This document shows positions 9,863-18,003 of a stretch of DNA of 56,865 nucleotides, piece after piece (the stretch's first letter is position 1; each line of letters starts with the position of its first letter). The translations under genes and the position numbers were made by a program. Source of the stretch: a virus (lineage: Duplodnaviria > Caudoviricetes); IMG/VR virus record IMGVR_UViG_3300032304_002452, positions 1 through 56,865 of that record; one strand, written 5' to 3'. The notes under the pieces are model-generated. The model saw only the letters and a list, made by a program, of their open reading frames with translations. It had not been told where the DNA came from and ran no database searches.

Positions 9863-10255
9863 ATGAGACATTTAAAAAGTTTTAATGAAGAAAATGAGTT
9901 TAATCAAGTAACATATAAAGATATACTTGATTTAGTTGAAAACGATCAAGTTAAGCTAATCAATATTGAAAAAGAAAGTATTATTGATTATATCAATCAA
10001 ATGTTGGAGTACTCTAAAAGACGAGGAGTTGATATATTAAACAATCCTATCGAAACTGGTAGAAGAAAAGGACTTGTTGAAATTGGTGATTCATTTTTAA
10101 TTGTTTTTGAAGAGGGCAAACCAAGTGTTATAATTGGAGAGTATGAACTTTGTAATTCCTTTGAATTTGGTGATGTGGTTATTTGTCCAGGACACGACTC
10201 CATAACCTGTTACAATAAAAAAACTGGAGAACATCAAACCTCTTATATTAGATAA
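9863..10255 (+). CDS. Hypothetical protein with MRHLKSFNEE tag
   Basis: 130 aa; TAATATATA upstream; terminator downstream. Confidence 0.7.
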   Translation: MRHLKSFNEENEFNQVTYKDILDLVENDQVKLINIEKESIIDYINQMLEYSKRRGVDILNNPIETGRRKGLVEIGDSFLIVFEEGKPSVIIGEYELCNSFEFGDVVICPGHDSITCYNKKTGEHQTSYIR

Positions 10256-10272
10256 GATGATTTTAATAAACT

Positions 10273-10300
10273 AAAAACCCTACTTTTCAGTAGGGTTTTT
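10273..10300. terminator. Bidirectional intrinsic terminator
   Basis: aaaaaccctact-tttc-agtagggttttt between convergent genes. Confidence 0.8.
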
Positions 10301-11062
10301 TTATTTCTGTTTAATTTCTAAATACCAGTTTGGAAATCCTCCATTCCACCAAGGTGATATATTAACATAGAATTTTAATCCATGTTTTTCTTCCTTTTCT
10401 TGTTCTTGTGAAAGTCCTTCACCCCATCCATCTGAGCATTGTCCTTCTAAATAATCTTTGATTGAATCAATCTCATCACCTGTTAAATCTCTATTAGTTT
10501 CAATTTCACCAGTAATAATATTTTCATCTTTAAGTCCGGTTATTTCCATTCTTAAAATCTTAAAATCTTGATTAAATTCTCTATAAGGATAAAATTGTTT
10601 CAAATCTTCTTCATTAAAAGTGGTTTGAATGGTATCAAATTCATCTTTACCAATTTCAAATTCTTCAAAATCTAAATCATACATTCTGAAAAACTTAGAC
10701 ATATCATTGTTATAAACTTGTTCAATCCATCTTTCAAAATATTCATCAAAATTAGCTCTAACTTCTGAACTACTTAATTTGTGTGCTTGATATTCTTCTT
10801 CATCTTCATCATAATCACCAGCGGTTGAATATCCTAAATCTAATTCATTAGCGATATCTTGACATATATCATTACCTCTTTCATACTTTAAGAAATCAAT
10901 TAAATTATCACCGTCTAAACCATTACCTTCATCTACATTGAATACCTTTTTAACTGGAAATTCAAATGTATAAATTGATTCACGGCTTTTGGCTTTTGGG
11001 TTTTGTAACCATTCACCAAATGTTCTTTTAATTTCGGCTTCAAATATTTTTAAGTGTTTCAT
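10301..11062 (-). CDS. Acidic protein with MKHLKIFEAE tag and C-terminal GQxSDGWGEG motif
   Basis: 253 aa ORF coupled to the upstream gene. Confidence 0.65.
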   Translation of the reverse strand: MKHLKIFEAEIKRTFGEWLQNPKAKSRESIYTFEFPVKKVFNVDEGNGLDGDNLIDFLKYERGNDICQDIANELDLGYSTAGDYDEDEEEYQAHKLSSSEVRANFDEYFERWIEQVYNNDMSKFFRMYDLDFEEFEIGKDEFDTIQTTFNEEDLKQFYPYREFNQDFKILRMEITGLKDENIITGEIETNRDLTGDEIDSIKDYLEGQCSDGWGEGLSQEQEKEEKHGLKFYVNISPWWNGGFPNWYLEIKQK

Positions 11063-11292
11063 AAAGTGATAATAAATGATTTAATTTTTTCTAATTGAAC
11101 ACTATTAAAGTCATTCTCTTCTAAAAGTGCCATAATATTACTTTTCAATGTTTCAACATCATCAATAAATTCATCAGAATATTCATCTGGTTCAAAGGTA
11201 TTATTTCTAACCACATTTGAATCTGTATTAACTTGGTCAGAACCTAAGTGTGTTCCTCCGAAAAAGTTTTCATATTTTTTAAGCTTCTTCAT
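11059..11292 (-). CDS. Small acidic protein with MKKLKKYENF tag
   Basis: Likely start ATG at 11292 overlapping the PPK2 stop (TAATG). Confidence 0.6.
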   Translation of the reverse strand: MKKLKKYENFFGGTHLGSDQVNTDSNVVRNNTFEPDEYSDEFIDDVETLKSNIMALLEENDFNSVQLEKIKSFIITL

Positions 11293-12449
11293 TAATCTAA
11301 AATATTTATTACTTCTGGGTACCAATGACACTTGTTTGGATCTTTTCCCTCATATTCAACTTTATCCAACACATATCTGATGGCGTTTAATCTACCCACT
11401 TTTTTATCATTTGAATTAACAATGATCCAAGGTGAAACTCTTGATGCGGTTTCAACAAACATCTTATTTTTGAATTCTCCAATTAGCTCAAATTGGTCGA
11501 CAACTTTAGCATCGTTTGGAGAGAATTTCCAATATTTAAGTGGAGATTCTTGTCTTAATTTGAATCGAAGTAATTGTTTTTCTTTAGTAATAGAGAACCA
11601 GAATTTAATTAATATTACTCCTTCACGAATCATCTTTTCTTCCCAATCAAGAACATTCCCCATGAAATCATTATATTGGTCCTCTGAACAGTAACCCATC
11701 GCCGGTTCAACGACTGCTCTATTATACCAAGAACGGTCAAAGAAAACTATCTCACCTGGGTTTGGTAAGTATTTTTCGTATCTACCAAACCAATTAGTTT
11801 TTTCCTCTTCAGTTGGAACTCCCAAAGCAACAACTCTGAAATGTTTAGGGTTCATATATTCAACAAATCTTTTGATTGTCGATCCTTTACCAGCGGCATC
11901 ACGTCCTTCAAAAACTATAGCAACTTTCTTTTTATTTTTAACTACCCATTCTTGTAACTTCATTAACTCAACTTGAAGATCATATTTTTCACCTTCATAT
12001 TTCTTTCTTGGTAGAATTGACCATTCGCCTTCAACTTTATCAAAATGTTCATCATCTGATAGAGTTTCTTTTTGTCTTTTAATTCGAGCGGCTAATGTAT
12101 TGATGTAAGCTGTAAATTCTTCTTTAATTCTACGTCTTGTGTTTCTTTTTTTCAGAACTATAATTTGAGATATTTTTCTGAAAAGAGCTTCAACATTTAG
12201 TTCTCTAATAACATCTTCTCCAAACTCTTTAGTCATGACACCTAATAAAAAATTAACATCGATGTTTTTAAACCCATCGTTAAATTTAATTTTATTGGTA
12301 ATTGTGTCATATTCTATACTTTGAAGTATTCCTAATTTAAGCTCGTTTAATGTTTTGATTAGGCTTTTTTCAACTTCATCTAATTCTTCATCAGATAAGT
12401 TGTTGAAATCGAATTTTTCATTAAATTGATTAAATAATTGGAGTCTCAT
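11292..12449 (-). CDS. ppk2: Polyphosphate kinase 2 with ~150 aa N-terminal extension
   Basis: LQVELMKLQEW, FEGRDAAGKGSTIKR (Walker A), FDRSWYNRA, LIKFWFSI, WKFSPND. Confidence 0.92.
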   Translation of the reverse strand: MRLQLFNQFNEKFDFNNLSDEELDEVEKSLIKTLNELKLGILQSIEYDTITNKIKFNDGFKNIDVNFLLGVMTKEFGEDVIRELNVEALFRKISQIIVLKKRNTRRRIKEEFTAYINTLAARIKRQKETLSDDEHFDKVEGEWSILPRKKYEGEKYDLQVELMKLQEWVVKNKKKVAIVFEGRDAAGKGSTIKRFVEYMNPKHFRVVALGVPTEEEKTNWFGRYEKYLPNPGEIVFFDRSWYNRAVVEPAMGYCSEDQYNDFMGNVLDWEEKMIREGVILIKFWFSITKEKQLLRFKLRQESPLKYWKFSPNDAKVVDQFELIGEFKNKMFVETASRVSPWIIVNSNDKKVGRLNAIRYVLDKVEYEGKDPNKCHWYPEVINILD

Positions 12450-12452
12450 AAC

Positions 12453-12929
12453 TTATATATTATTTTCCCTTTCGAATTTTATTACTATTTTACGGCAAAG
12501 ATTATCTTCATTTCTATAATTTGGTTTATTCATCATACTTTGATCAAATGTTTCTGATTTAACAATGTTTGTTGATTCTCCAACTCTTCCCCTTCCTTTA
12601 GGGAATATCTTTTCATACTCTAATTCATATGAAAGAGTAATTGATTCGGAATGTAAATAGTTTTTCAATTGTTGGATTGTAAGAAATAAACCTTTAGTTT
12701 GTTCTTCTCTCAAGTTTTTAACTTTGATTTGTAGTTCAAACTTGGTGCGTTTTTGACCACCATTTAGATAGATACCAAGTACCATTATATGTATATCGTT
12801 ACTTGGATCAGGAAAAATTTGATATTCAATAAATTCATCTTTTAAATTTAGACAAATATCGGATATGTTATTTAGGACTTCTTTGCCTAAATCGAAGGAT
12901 TTTCCCTCATTAAATTTTAAAATTCTCAT
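12453..12929 (-). CDS. Hypothetical protein with MRILKFNE tag
   Basis: 158 aa in operon with the WYL-like gene and ppk2. Confidence 0.65.
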   Translation of the reverse strand: MRILKFNEGKSFDLGKEVLNNISDICLNLKDEFIEYQIFPDPSNDIHIMVLGIYLNGGQKRTKFELQIKVKNLREEQTKGLFLTIQQLKNYLHSESITLSYELEYEKIFPKGRGRVGESTNIVKSETFDQSMMNKPNYRNEDNLCRKIVIKFERENNI

Positions 12930-13831
12930 ATCTTCTTATCAAATATGTAGAGGTCGTAAATGTTATTTCCTCTTACTTTTTTTATGCTTGTTAGGATTTT
13001 TCCAGTGGTAGAATCTAGACATTTAAAAACTCCTAAAGTTCTACCTTTATCTGTGATAATTTTAACAGTATTACCAGGTTGTCCCATAGCTCCTAAAACC
13101 GCCACATATTGATTTCCATATATTGATTTCAAAAAAGAGATTCTAACATTCTCAGTATTCTTTAAATTATTGATATATGGATTTTCAGTTGATTTAGTTA
13201 AGTCGAGTTTGGTGTCGGTTGTTTTGACTTTAATTGAAACGAATTTTCTTTCTTCTGTTCCTAGTGAAACTTCCTCACGGTTTTGGAGTACGTTTTGTTT
13301 AACTAAATTTTGTTGATTCCTACGAATAACATTAAAATCGGCCTTAGCTATAATTCCACCTCTCATGCCTTTGTCATTCATATTATACCCAGCTGGGGGT
13401 AACCGATAGAATGATCCAGTAAATGTCATAGAAAGAATTCTATCAGCTCTAAAAAGACGCCAGATTTTTTCTATTTTTCTATTTTGTGATACAGACCAAC
13501 CATTTAGGTGCCATCCTCTAATCAGAGGTTTTCCTTTGGATGATCGACCTAACACCATAATTTGTATAGCTCTCTCATGTCCGGCAAAATGGTTATCTTT
13601 TTCGCCTTTATAGTTGATAAGAAAAATCATACCGTATTTTATTGCTTTTATTGCTATTTCATCTGTATATTTAATTGGTTCATTGATGGGTATATTTTCA
13701 AAATCCTTGATTCCTTTCAGTGAAAATTTAGGCAAAAATTCTCTATCCTCCTTTAAATCATTATAGGATTCTCTCACAACATACTCAACTGGCTTTGTAT
13801 TATAATAGCTTTTTGCTTGCGTTAAGTTCAT
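12926..13831 (-). CDS. WYL-like domain protein
   Basis: INYKG..ERAIQIMVLG..LIRGW..WRLFRADRI matches the WYL pattern. Confidence 0.55.
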   Translation of the reverse strand: MNLTQAKSYYNTKPVEYVVRESYNDLKEDREFLPKFSLKGIKDFENIPINEPIKYTDEIAIKAIKYGMIFLINYKGEKDNHFAGHERAIQIMVLGRSSKGKPLIRGWHLNGWSVSQNRKIEKIWRLFRADRILSMTFTGSFYRLPPAGYNMNDKGMRGGIIAKADFNVIRRNQQNLVKQNVLQNREEVSLGTEERKFVSIKVKTTDTKLDLTKSTENPYINNLKNTENVRISFLKSIYGNQYVAVLGAMGQPGNTVKIITDKGRTLGVFKCLDSTTGKILTSIKKVRGNNIYDLYIFDKKI

Positions 13832-13876
13832 TAAAGTTAAATACTTTTTTAGTATATATTAAACTCATATAGGCAC

Positions 13877-13901
13877 AAAAAAACCTCGGAAATCCGAGGT
13901 T
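13877..13901 (-). terminator. Intrinsic terminator after small lipoprotein gene
   Basis: aacctcgga-aa-tccgaggtt followed by a T-run on the minus strand. Confidence 0.7.
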
Positions 13902-13926
13902 ATATTTTGTTGAGGTTTTCGGAACC

Positions 13927-14091
13927 TTATTTAGTTGTTGAGTCAACAACTGCTGTATCAGCAGCTACCGGTGCAACTGTATCTACAGCAACCGCAGTAG
14001 AGTCGGTTGTGGTAACAGTAGTTTCAGCTGGTTGATTTGAGCAAGAAGCTAAAATCAAAGTAATACCGAAAATGAACAATAGTTTTTTCAT
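13927..14091 (-). CDS. 54 aa lipoprotein (not in the ORF track)
   Basis: Hand translation MKKLLFIFGITLILASCSNQPAETTVTTTDSTAVAVDTVAPVAADTAVVDSTTK; lipobox LASC; own TATATA box and terminator. Confidence 0.8.
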   Translation of the reverse strand: MKKLLFIFGITLILASCSNQPAETTVTTTDSTAVAVDTVAPVAADTAVVDSTTK

Positions 14092-14197
14092 CGTTAATAC
14101 GTTATTTTTTAGTATATATAGAAAAGAAAAGCCTTTGTTTAATAATTAAATAATTTTTTTTCGGTTTTTTAAGATTTGGAATTAAATATATAATAAT

Positions 14198-14923
14198 ATG
14201 ATTAGGAATACAGAAGAGGCTAACAAATACTATCAACTTGTGAATCAATATATTGATGAATATACTGATACTCACAAAATCCGTCCTGTTAAATTGGGAA
14301 AATACCTTAAAAACTCTGATAAATTGAAAAACTTCTTAGAAAGAAAGGGTTTGAAAGATGTTCAAAATATCAACCGTGTTATCTCTGATGTGGTTGAAGA
14401 TAGAATTGCTATGGAAAAAGATTTAGTTAGGACTTTTGAAAGTTTTAAGTTATTTGAATCGGACGAATTTAAGATTCTAAATCTTAGACAATGTCTATAT
14501 AAAGGTATTGAAAAGTCAAATATTCACCATGAAAAGATTTTGGCTGATTACTTTGATGTTTCATTAAGTCACGTTGATATAATCAATTCTGATAAACATG
14601 TATTTAAAATTGAATCTTTGGGTAGTGATGTTGAATGTGTGATTTATACTTCAAATGAATTAGAAATAATTCGTGAGAATATGAAAGAATATTGTTTTGA
14701 TCAAGTCTTCAATAAGAAGGTAAAGTTGGAAGGTATTGGTGTTGAATTGAATGTTAATATCAAAGATTTTATTGATAATGAAAAATTTGGAAACCACATT
14801 AGTGAGGTTTTAACTGTGGAAAAGGTAAAAGAAATTATAAGAATTTTAATTTCTTGTGAAAAACCTAAATATAATCCTGATGAAAAAGATAATTTCATTG
14901 GTTTAAATCCATCACATTATTAA
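14198..14923 (+). CDS. Hypothetical protein with internal VRTFESFKLFES motif
   Basis: 241 aa; AAATATATA upstream. Confidence 0.65.
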   Translation: MIRNTEEANKYYQLVNQYIDEYTDTHKIRPVKLGKYLKNSDKLKNFLERKGLKDVQNINRVISDVVEDRIAMEKDLVRTFESFKLFESDEFKILNLRQCLYKGIEKSNIHHEKILADYFDVSLSHVDIINSDKHVFKIESLGSDVECVIYTSNELEIIRENMKEYCFDQVFNKKVKLEGIGVELNVNIKDFIDNEKFGNHISEVLTVEKVKEIIRILISCEKPKYNPDEKDNFIGLNPSHY

Positions 14924-15189
14924 TCTAAAATTTTATCAATCTTTATATCTCTTTGATTTTGAATTGTGAGATATTTGTAACCTCCAATTTCCCAATCATC
15001 TGCAAGTATTTGTGTTAGGTTAATTTCATAATTTACAATTTCTGTTCCGGTTTCAAAAAAGAAATTAATTTTAGTTTTATCTTGATTTAAGTAAATATGT
15101 GCTGATTTATAACCATCAACGATATACCAAGAATTTCTTCTTATTTTCTTTCCATCTTTTAGTGCAGGTAATACTTCTTCGAATGTCAT
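14920..15189 (-). CDS. DUF2829/Tad2-like protein (putative immune-signal sponge)
   Basis: MTFEEVLPALKDGKKIRRNSW...QILADDWEI matches DUF2829 termini; extra C-terminal RDIKIDKILD. Confidence 0.6.
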   Translation of the reverse strand: MTFEEVLPALKDGKKIRRNSWYIVDGYKSAHIYLNQDKTKINFFFETGTEIVNYEINLTQILADDWEIGGYKYLTIQNQRDIKIDKILD

Positions 15190-15449
15190 ATTAATTCTTT
15201 TATTTTCAGGTCTCTTATCTCTTTCTTAAAAAAATCTCCTGTATTTTGAACTCCTGGGTCAGGAATTCTTTTTTGTAATAAACGGACCAAGATATGATCA
15301 GGAACTCCCGTGATATCTATGGTATGTTTACATCGTTTCGATTTTTTTATATGTAGTTTGGTTTCAGTAAGTTGGTAACTTCTGATTTCTTTAGTTTCTA
15401 CTTTTGAATCTAAAGACTTTTTTATTTTTGATTTGGTAAAAATATTCAT
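15186..15449 (-). CDS. Hypothetical basic protein
   Basis: 87 aa; ATGA overlap with the next gene; ends RDLKIKELI. Confidence 0.55.
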   Translation of the reverse strand: MNIFTKSKIKKSLDSKVETKEIRSYQLTETKLHIKKSKRCKHTIDITGVPDHILVRLLQKRIPDPGVQNTGDFFKKEIRDLKIKELI

Positions 15450-15479
15450 ATAAAAAGCTGCAACATCATGATATAACTA

Positions 15480-16946
15480 TTATATAATTTCACTTATTAG
15501 ATAACTTTTAAGTCTATCTAGTGTTTCTCTTTTCCCAAGTATGAACATAGAGTTCTTAACGTCTATACCTTGTGAATTGTAAACTACTGTTTTTCTCAAC
15601 AGTCCTAATACTTTTCCTGACTTCAATCCGTTTGTATTTATGTAATCAGTTATTGTGTTAGATATGTTGTCAAATGTCCAGTCGTTAATTGTTCCGATTG
15701 ATTTGATAACGCTATCAATTATTTTGATGTCATTATCGTCAATAGTTACATTGTCTTTTCTTGTGAACAGATTATCTACGATAGGTTTGAAATCGTGTTT
15801 AAAATTACATCTTTTCTTAGTTTCTGTTATTAAGGCAGTTTTCTGTCCGTCTGTCAAGTTTGACAAATCTACTCCTTGAGTTAAATCATCATCAGATGTC
15901 ATATGTTGAATCCATTGAGAGTTAATCCAAGTTGCTTTAGGCATATCGAATCTTGCTCCAGACTTGTGAACTCTATCTAAAGAGAATGAATTAATCATAT
16001 CGTCCATAGTAAGTAATTCTTTATCATCACCTGGATTCCATCCAACAAATGCCAGTGCGTTCATAAACGCATTAGTGTCATAACCTAAATCTTTCCAACC
16101 TTTTTGGTAAACACCGTTATCATCAGTATAACCGATTGGCGCAATTGGAATACCATATTTAGCTGCAGTTCTTTTAGATAATTTTCCTTTACCATCTGGA
16201 TTCATAATCAAAGGCAAATGTGCAAAAGTAGGTACATTCCATCCAAATGATTTGTAAAGTAATATATGGAATGGAGTTGAGGCAACCCATTCTTGTCCAC
16301 GTAGAACGTGAGTCACTCCCATATCGTGATCGTCACATACATTACAAAGGTGATAAGAACCTACACCGTTTGATTTGAGTAGAACTTTATCATCCACTTG
16401 ATTAGTATTGATAGAAATATCACCAAGTATCGCATCAGTGAAATTTACATCTATGTTAGAAGGAACTTTAAAACGAATTACATAAGGTGATCCTGATATC
16501 AAAAGTGAATCTACATCACTTTTAGACATGCTAAGTGAATTTTTCAAACTCATACGAGTTGAATCATCATATTTGAAATTTGGAATTGTTTTGTGTGCCA
16601 AGTCCAAATCATCTTTTGTATCGAAAGCGTAGTAAGCAAAGTCGTTATCTAATAGGAATTTAATCTTGTCGGAATAATCTCTTTCAGATTGAATAAAAGA
16701 ACCCACAGAAGTATCTGGGTTCCAATAAGAAGCATCTGGAACTATACCGAACCAATCAAGTGTATCCTTGAAATATTGTAGAAATGATGGTGTGTAACGA
16801 TCACGATCGGTATCTTCTAAACGAACAATAAATTTACCTCCATGTCGTTTAGCTAGGAAGTAATTATAAAGTAATGTTCTTAAATTGCCGATGTGACAAA
16901 ATGAAGACGTGGGTGAAGGCGCCAACCTTGTTATGATATTATTCAT
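15480..16946 (-). CDS. gltX: Glutamyl-tRNA synthetase (Glu-depleted)
   Basis: RLAPSPT, HIGN (HIGH), RLEDTD, QSER, YHLCNVCDDHDMGVTHVLRG, KLSKR (KMSKS); full-length with anticodon-binding region. Confidence 0.92.
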   Translation of the reverse strand: MNNIITRLAPSPTSSFCHIGNLRTLLYNYFLAKRHGGKFIVRLEDTDRDRYTPSFLQYFKDTLDWFGIVPDASYWNPDTSVGSFIQSERDYSDKIKFLLDNDFAYYAFDTKDDLDLAHKTIPNFKYDDSTRMSLKNSLSMSKSDVDSLLISGSPYVIRFKVPSNIDVNFTDAILGDISINTNQVDDKVLLKSNGVGSYHLCNVCDDHDMGVTHVLRGQEWVASTPFHILLYKSFGWNVPTFAHLPLIMNPDGKGKLSKRTAAKYGIPIAPIGYTDDNGVYQKGWKDLGYDTNAFMNALAFVGWNPGDDKELLTMDDMINSFSLDRVHKSGARFDMPKATWINSQWIQHMTSDDDLTQGVDLSNLTDGQKTALITETKKRCNFKHDFKPIVDNLFTRKDNVTIDDNDIKIIDSVIKSIGTINDWTFDNISNTITDYINTNGLKSGKVLGLLRKTVVYNSQGIDVKNSMFILGKRETLDRLKSYLISEII

Positions 16947-16977
16947 ATGGGTAATGTTGTTTTTAATATATAGTGTA

Positions 16978-16985
16978 CAAAAGTA
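16978..16985 (-). promoter_or_regulatory. Bacteroidetes-type -7 promoter box TACTTTTG
   Basis: TAnnTTTG ~30 nt upstream of gltX. Confidence 0.5.
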
Positions 16986-16997
16986 AGGAATATTTTT

Positions 16998-17987
16998 ATG
17001 AAAACAAAATTTATATACACACTTTCCGATCCAAATAGTGGATTAGTTAGATATATTGGTAAAGCTAAAGATGTTAAAAAAAGATTATCAAATCATCTAT
17101 CCAATAACCATCTTTCAACTTCAACTAAAAAAAATAATTGGATTATATCTCTTTTAAGAAATCAACAATTGCCTATTATAGAAGTAGTTGATGAGGTCAC
17201 ATCTGAAGAAATTGATTTCTATGAAATATTTTATATTTCATTATTTAAATCATGGGGATTTGATTTATTAAACGGAACCAATGGTGGTGATGGATTTGAT
17301 TGGAGTGGTAAAAAACATAATGATTACTCAAAATTAAAAAAAAAAATAAATAGTCCTCATAGAAAATCCGTTGCTCAATTTGATTTAGATGGAAATTTAA
17401 TTAAAGAACATCATTCACTTAGAGAAGCTGCTCAGTCAGTAAATGGTGATAAATCACATATATCGAAAGTATGTAAAGGTGTGTCTAAATATATAACGTC
17501 ATATGGATTTAAATGGAGTTTTATTGATAGAATAAATAGTCATGATATTGAAGAGGTCAAAAATAGAATTGTAAAATATGAGAAGCCTAGAATTGATAGT
17601 AGAATGAAAAAAATCCAAGTGTTTGATTTGAAGGGTAATCTATTAGATACTTGTAGAAGTTTAAATGGAACATCAAAGAAAACCGGGTGTCATATTCATT
17701 TGATTAAAAAATGTTGTGAAGAGAAACGTTATTATCAAACAAAGAATTTAACGTTTAGATATTTTGGAGACCCATTTGATTATTTTCCTTATAAATATTA
17801 TAGAGTGAATAAAAATTATAGAGTCGGTAAATTCGATAGAGATGGTAATTTATTACAAGAGTTTGATACTTTAAGTTCGATAAGTAAAGAAACTGGTATT
17901 GGTAAACAATATATTTCCAAAAATTGTAAAATTAATCAGAAAGATGGTGTTAGTGAATTGAAAGGATTTGTTTTTAGATTTATTTAA
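16998..17987 (+). CDS. GIY-YIG homing endonuclease with NUMOD1-like repeats
   Basis: FIYTL..VRYIGK..RL..H N-terminus; NGTNGGDG; three (V/I)xQFDLxGNL repeats. Confidence 0.8.
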   Translation: MKTKFIYTLSDPNSGLVRYIGKAKDVKKRLSNHLSNNHLSTSTKKNNWIISLLRNQQLPIIEVVDEVTSEEIDFYEIFYISLFKSWGFDLLNGTNGGDGFDWSGKKHNDYSKLKKKINSPHRKSVAQFDLDGNLIKEHHSLREAAQSVNGDKSHISKVCKGVSKYITSYGFKWSFIDRINSHDIEEVKNRIVKYEKPRIDSRMKKIQVFDLKGNLLDTCRSLNGTSKKTGCHIHLIKKCCEEKRYYQTKNLTFRYFGDPFDYFPYKYYRVNKNYRVGKFDRDGNLLQEFDTLSSISKETGIGKQYISKNCKINQKDGVSELKGFVFRFI

Positions 17988-18003
17988 TAAATATATAACT
18001 GAT

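Noticed and set aside
15480-16946. GluQ (YadB) or degenerate pseudogene
   Set aside because: Full length, including the C-terminal anticodon-binding region, with intact HIGH/KMSKS-type motifs.
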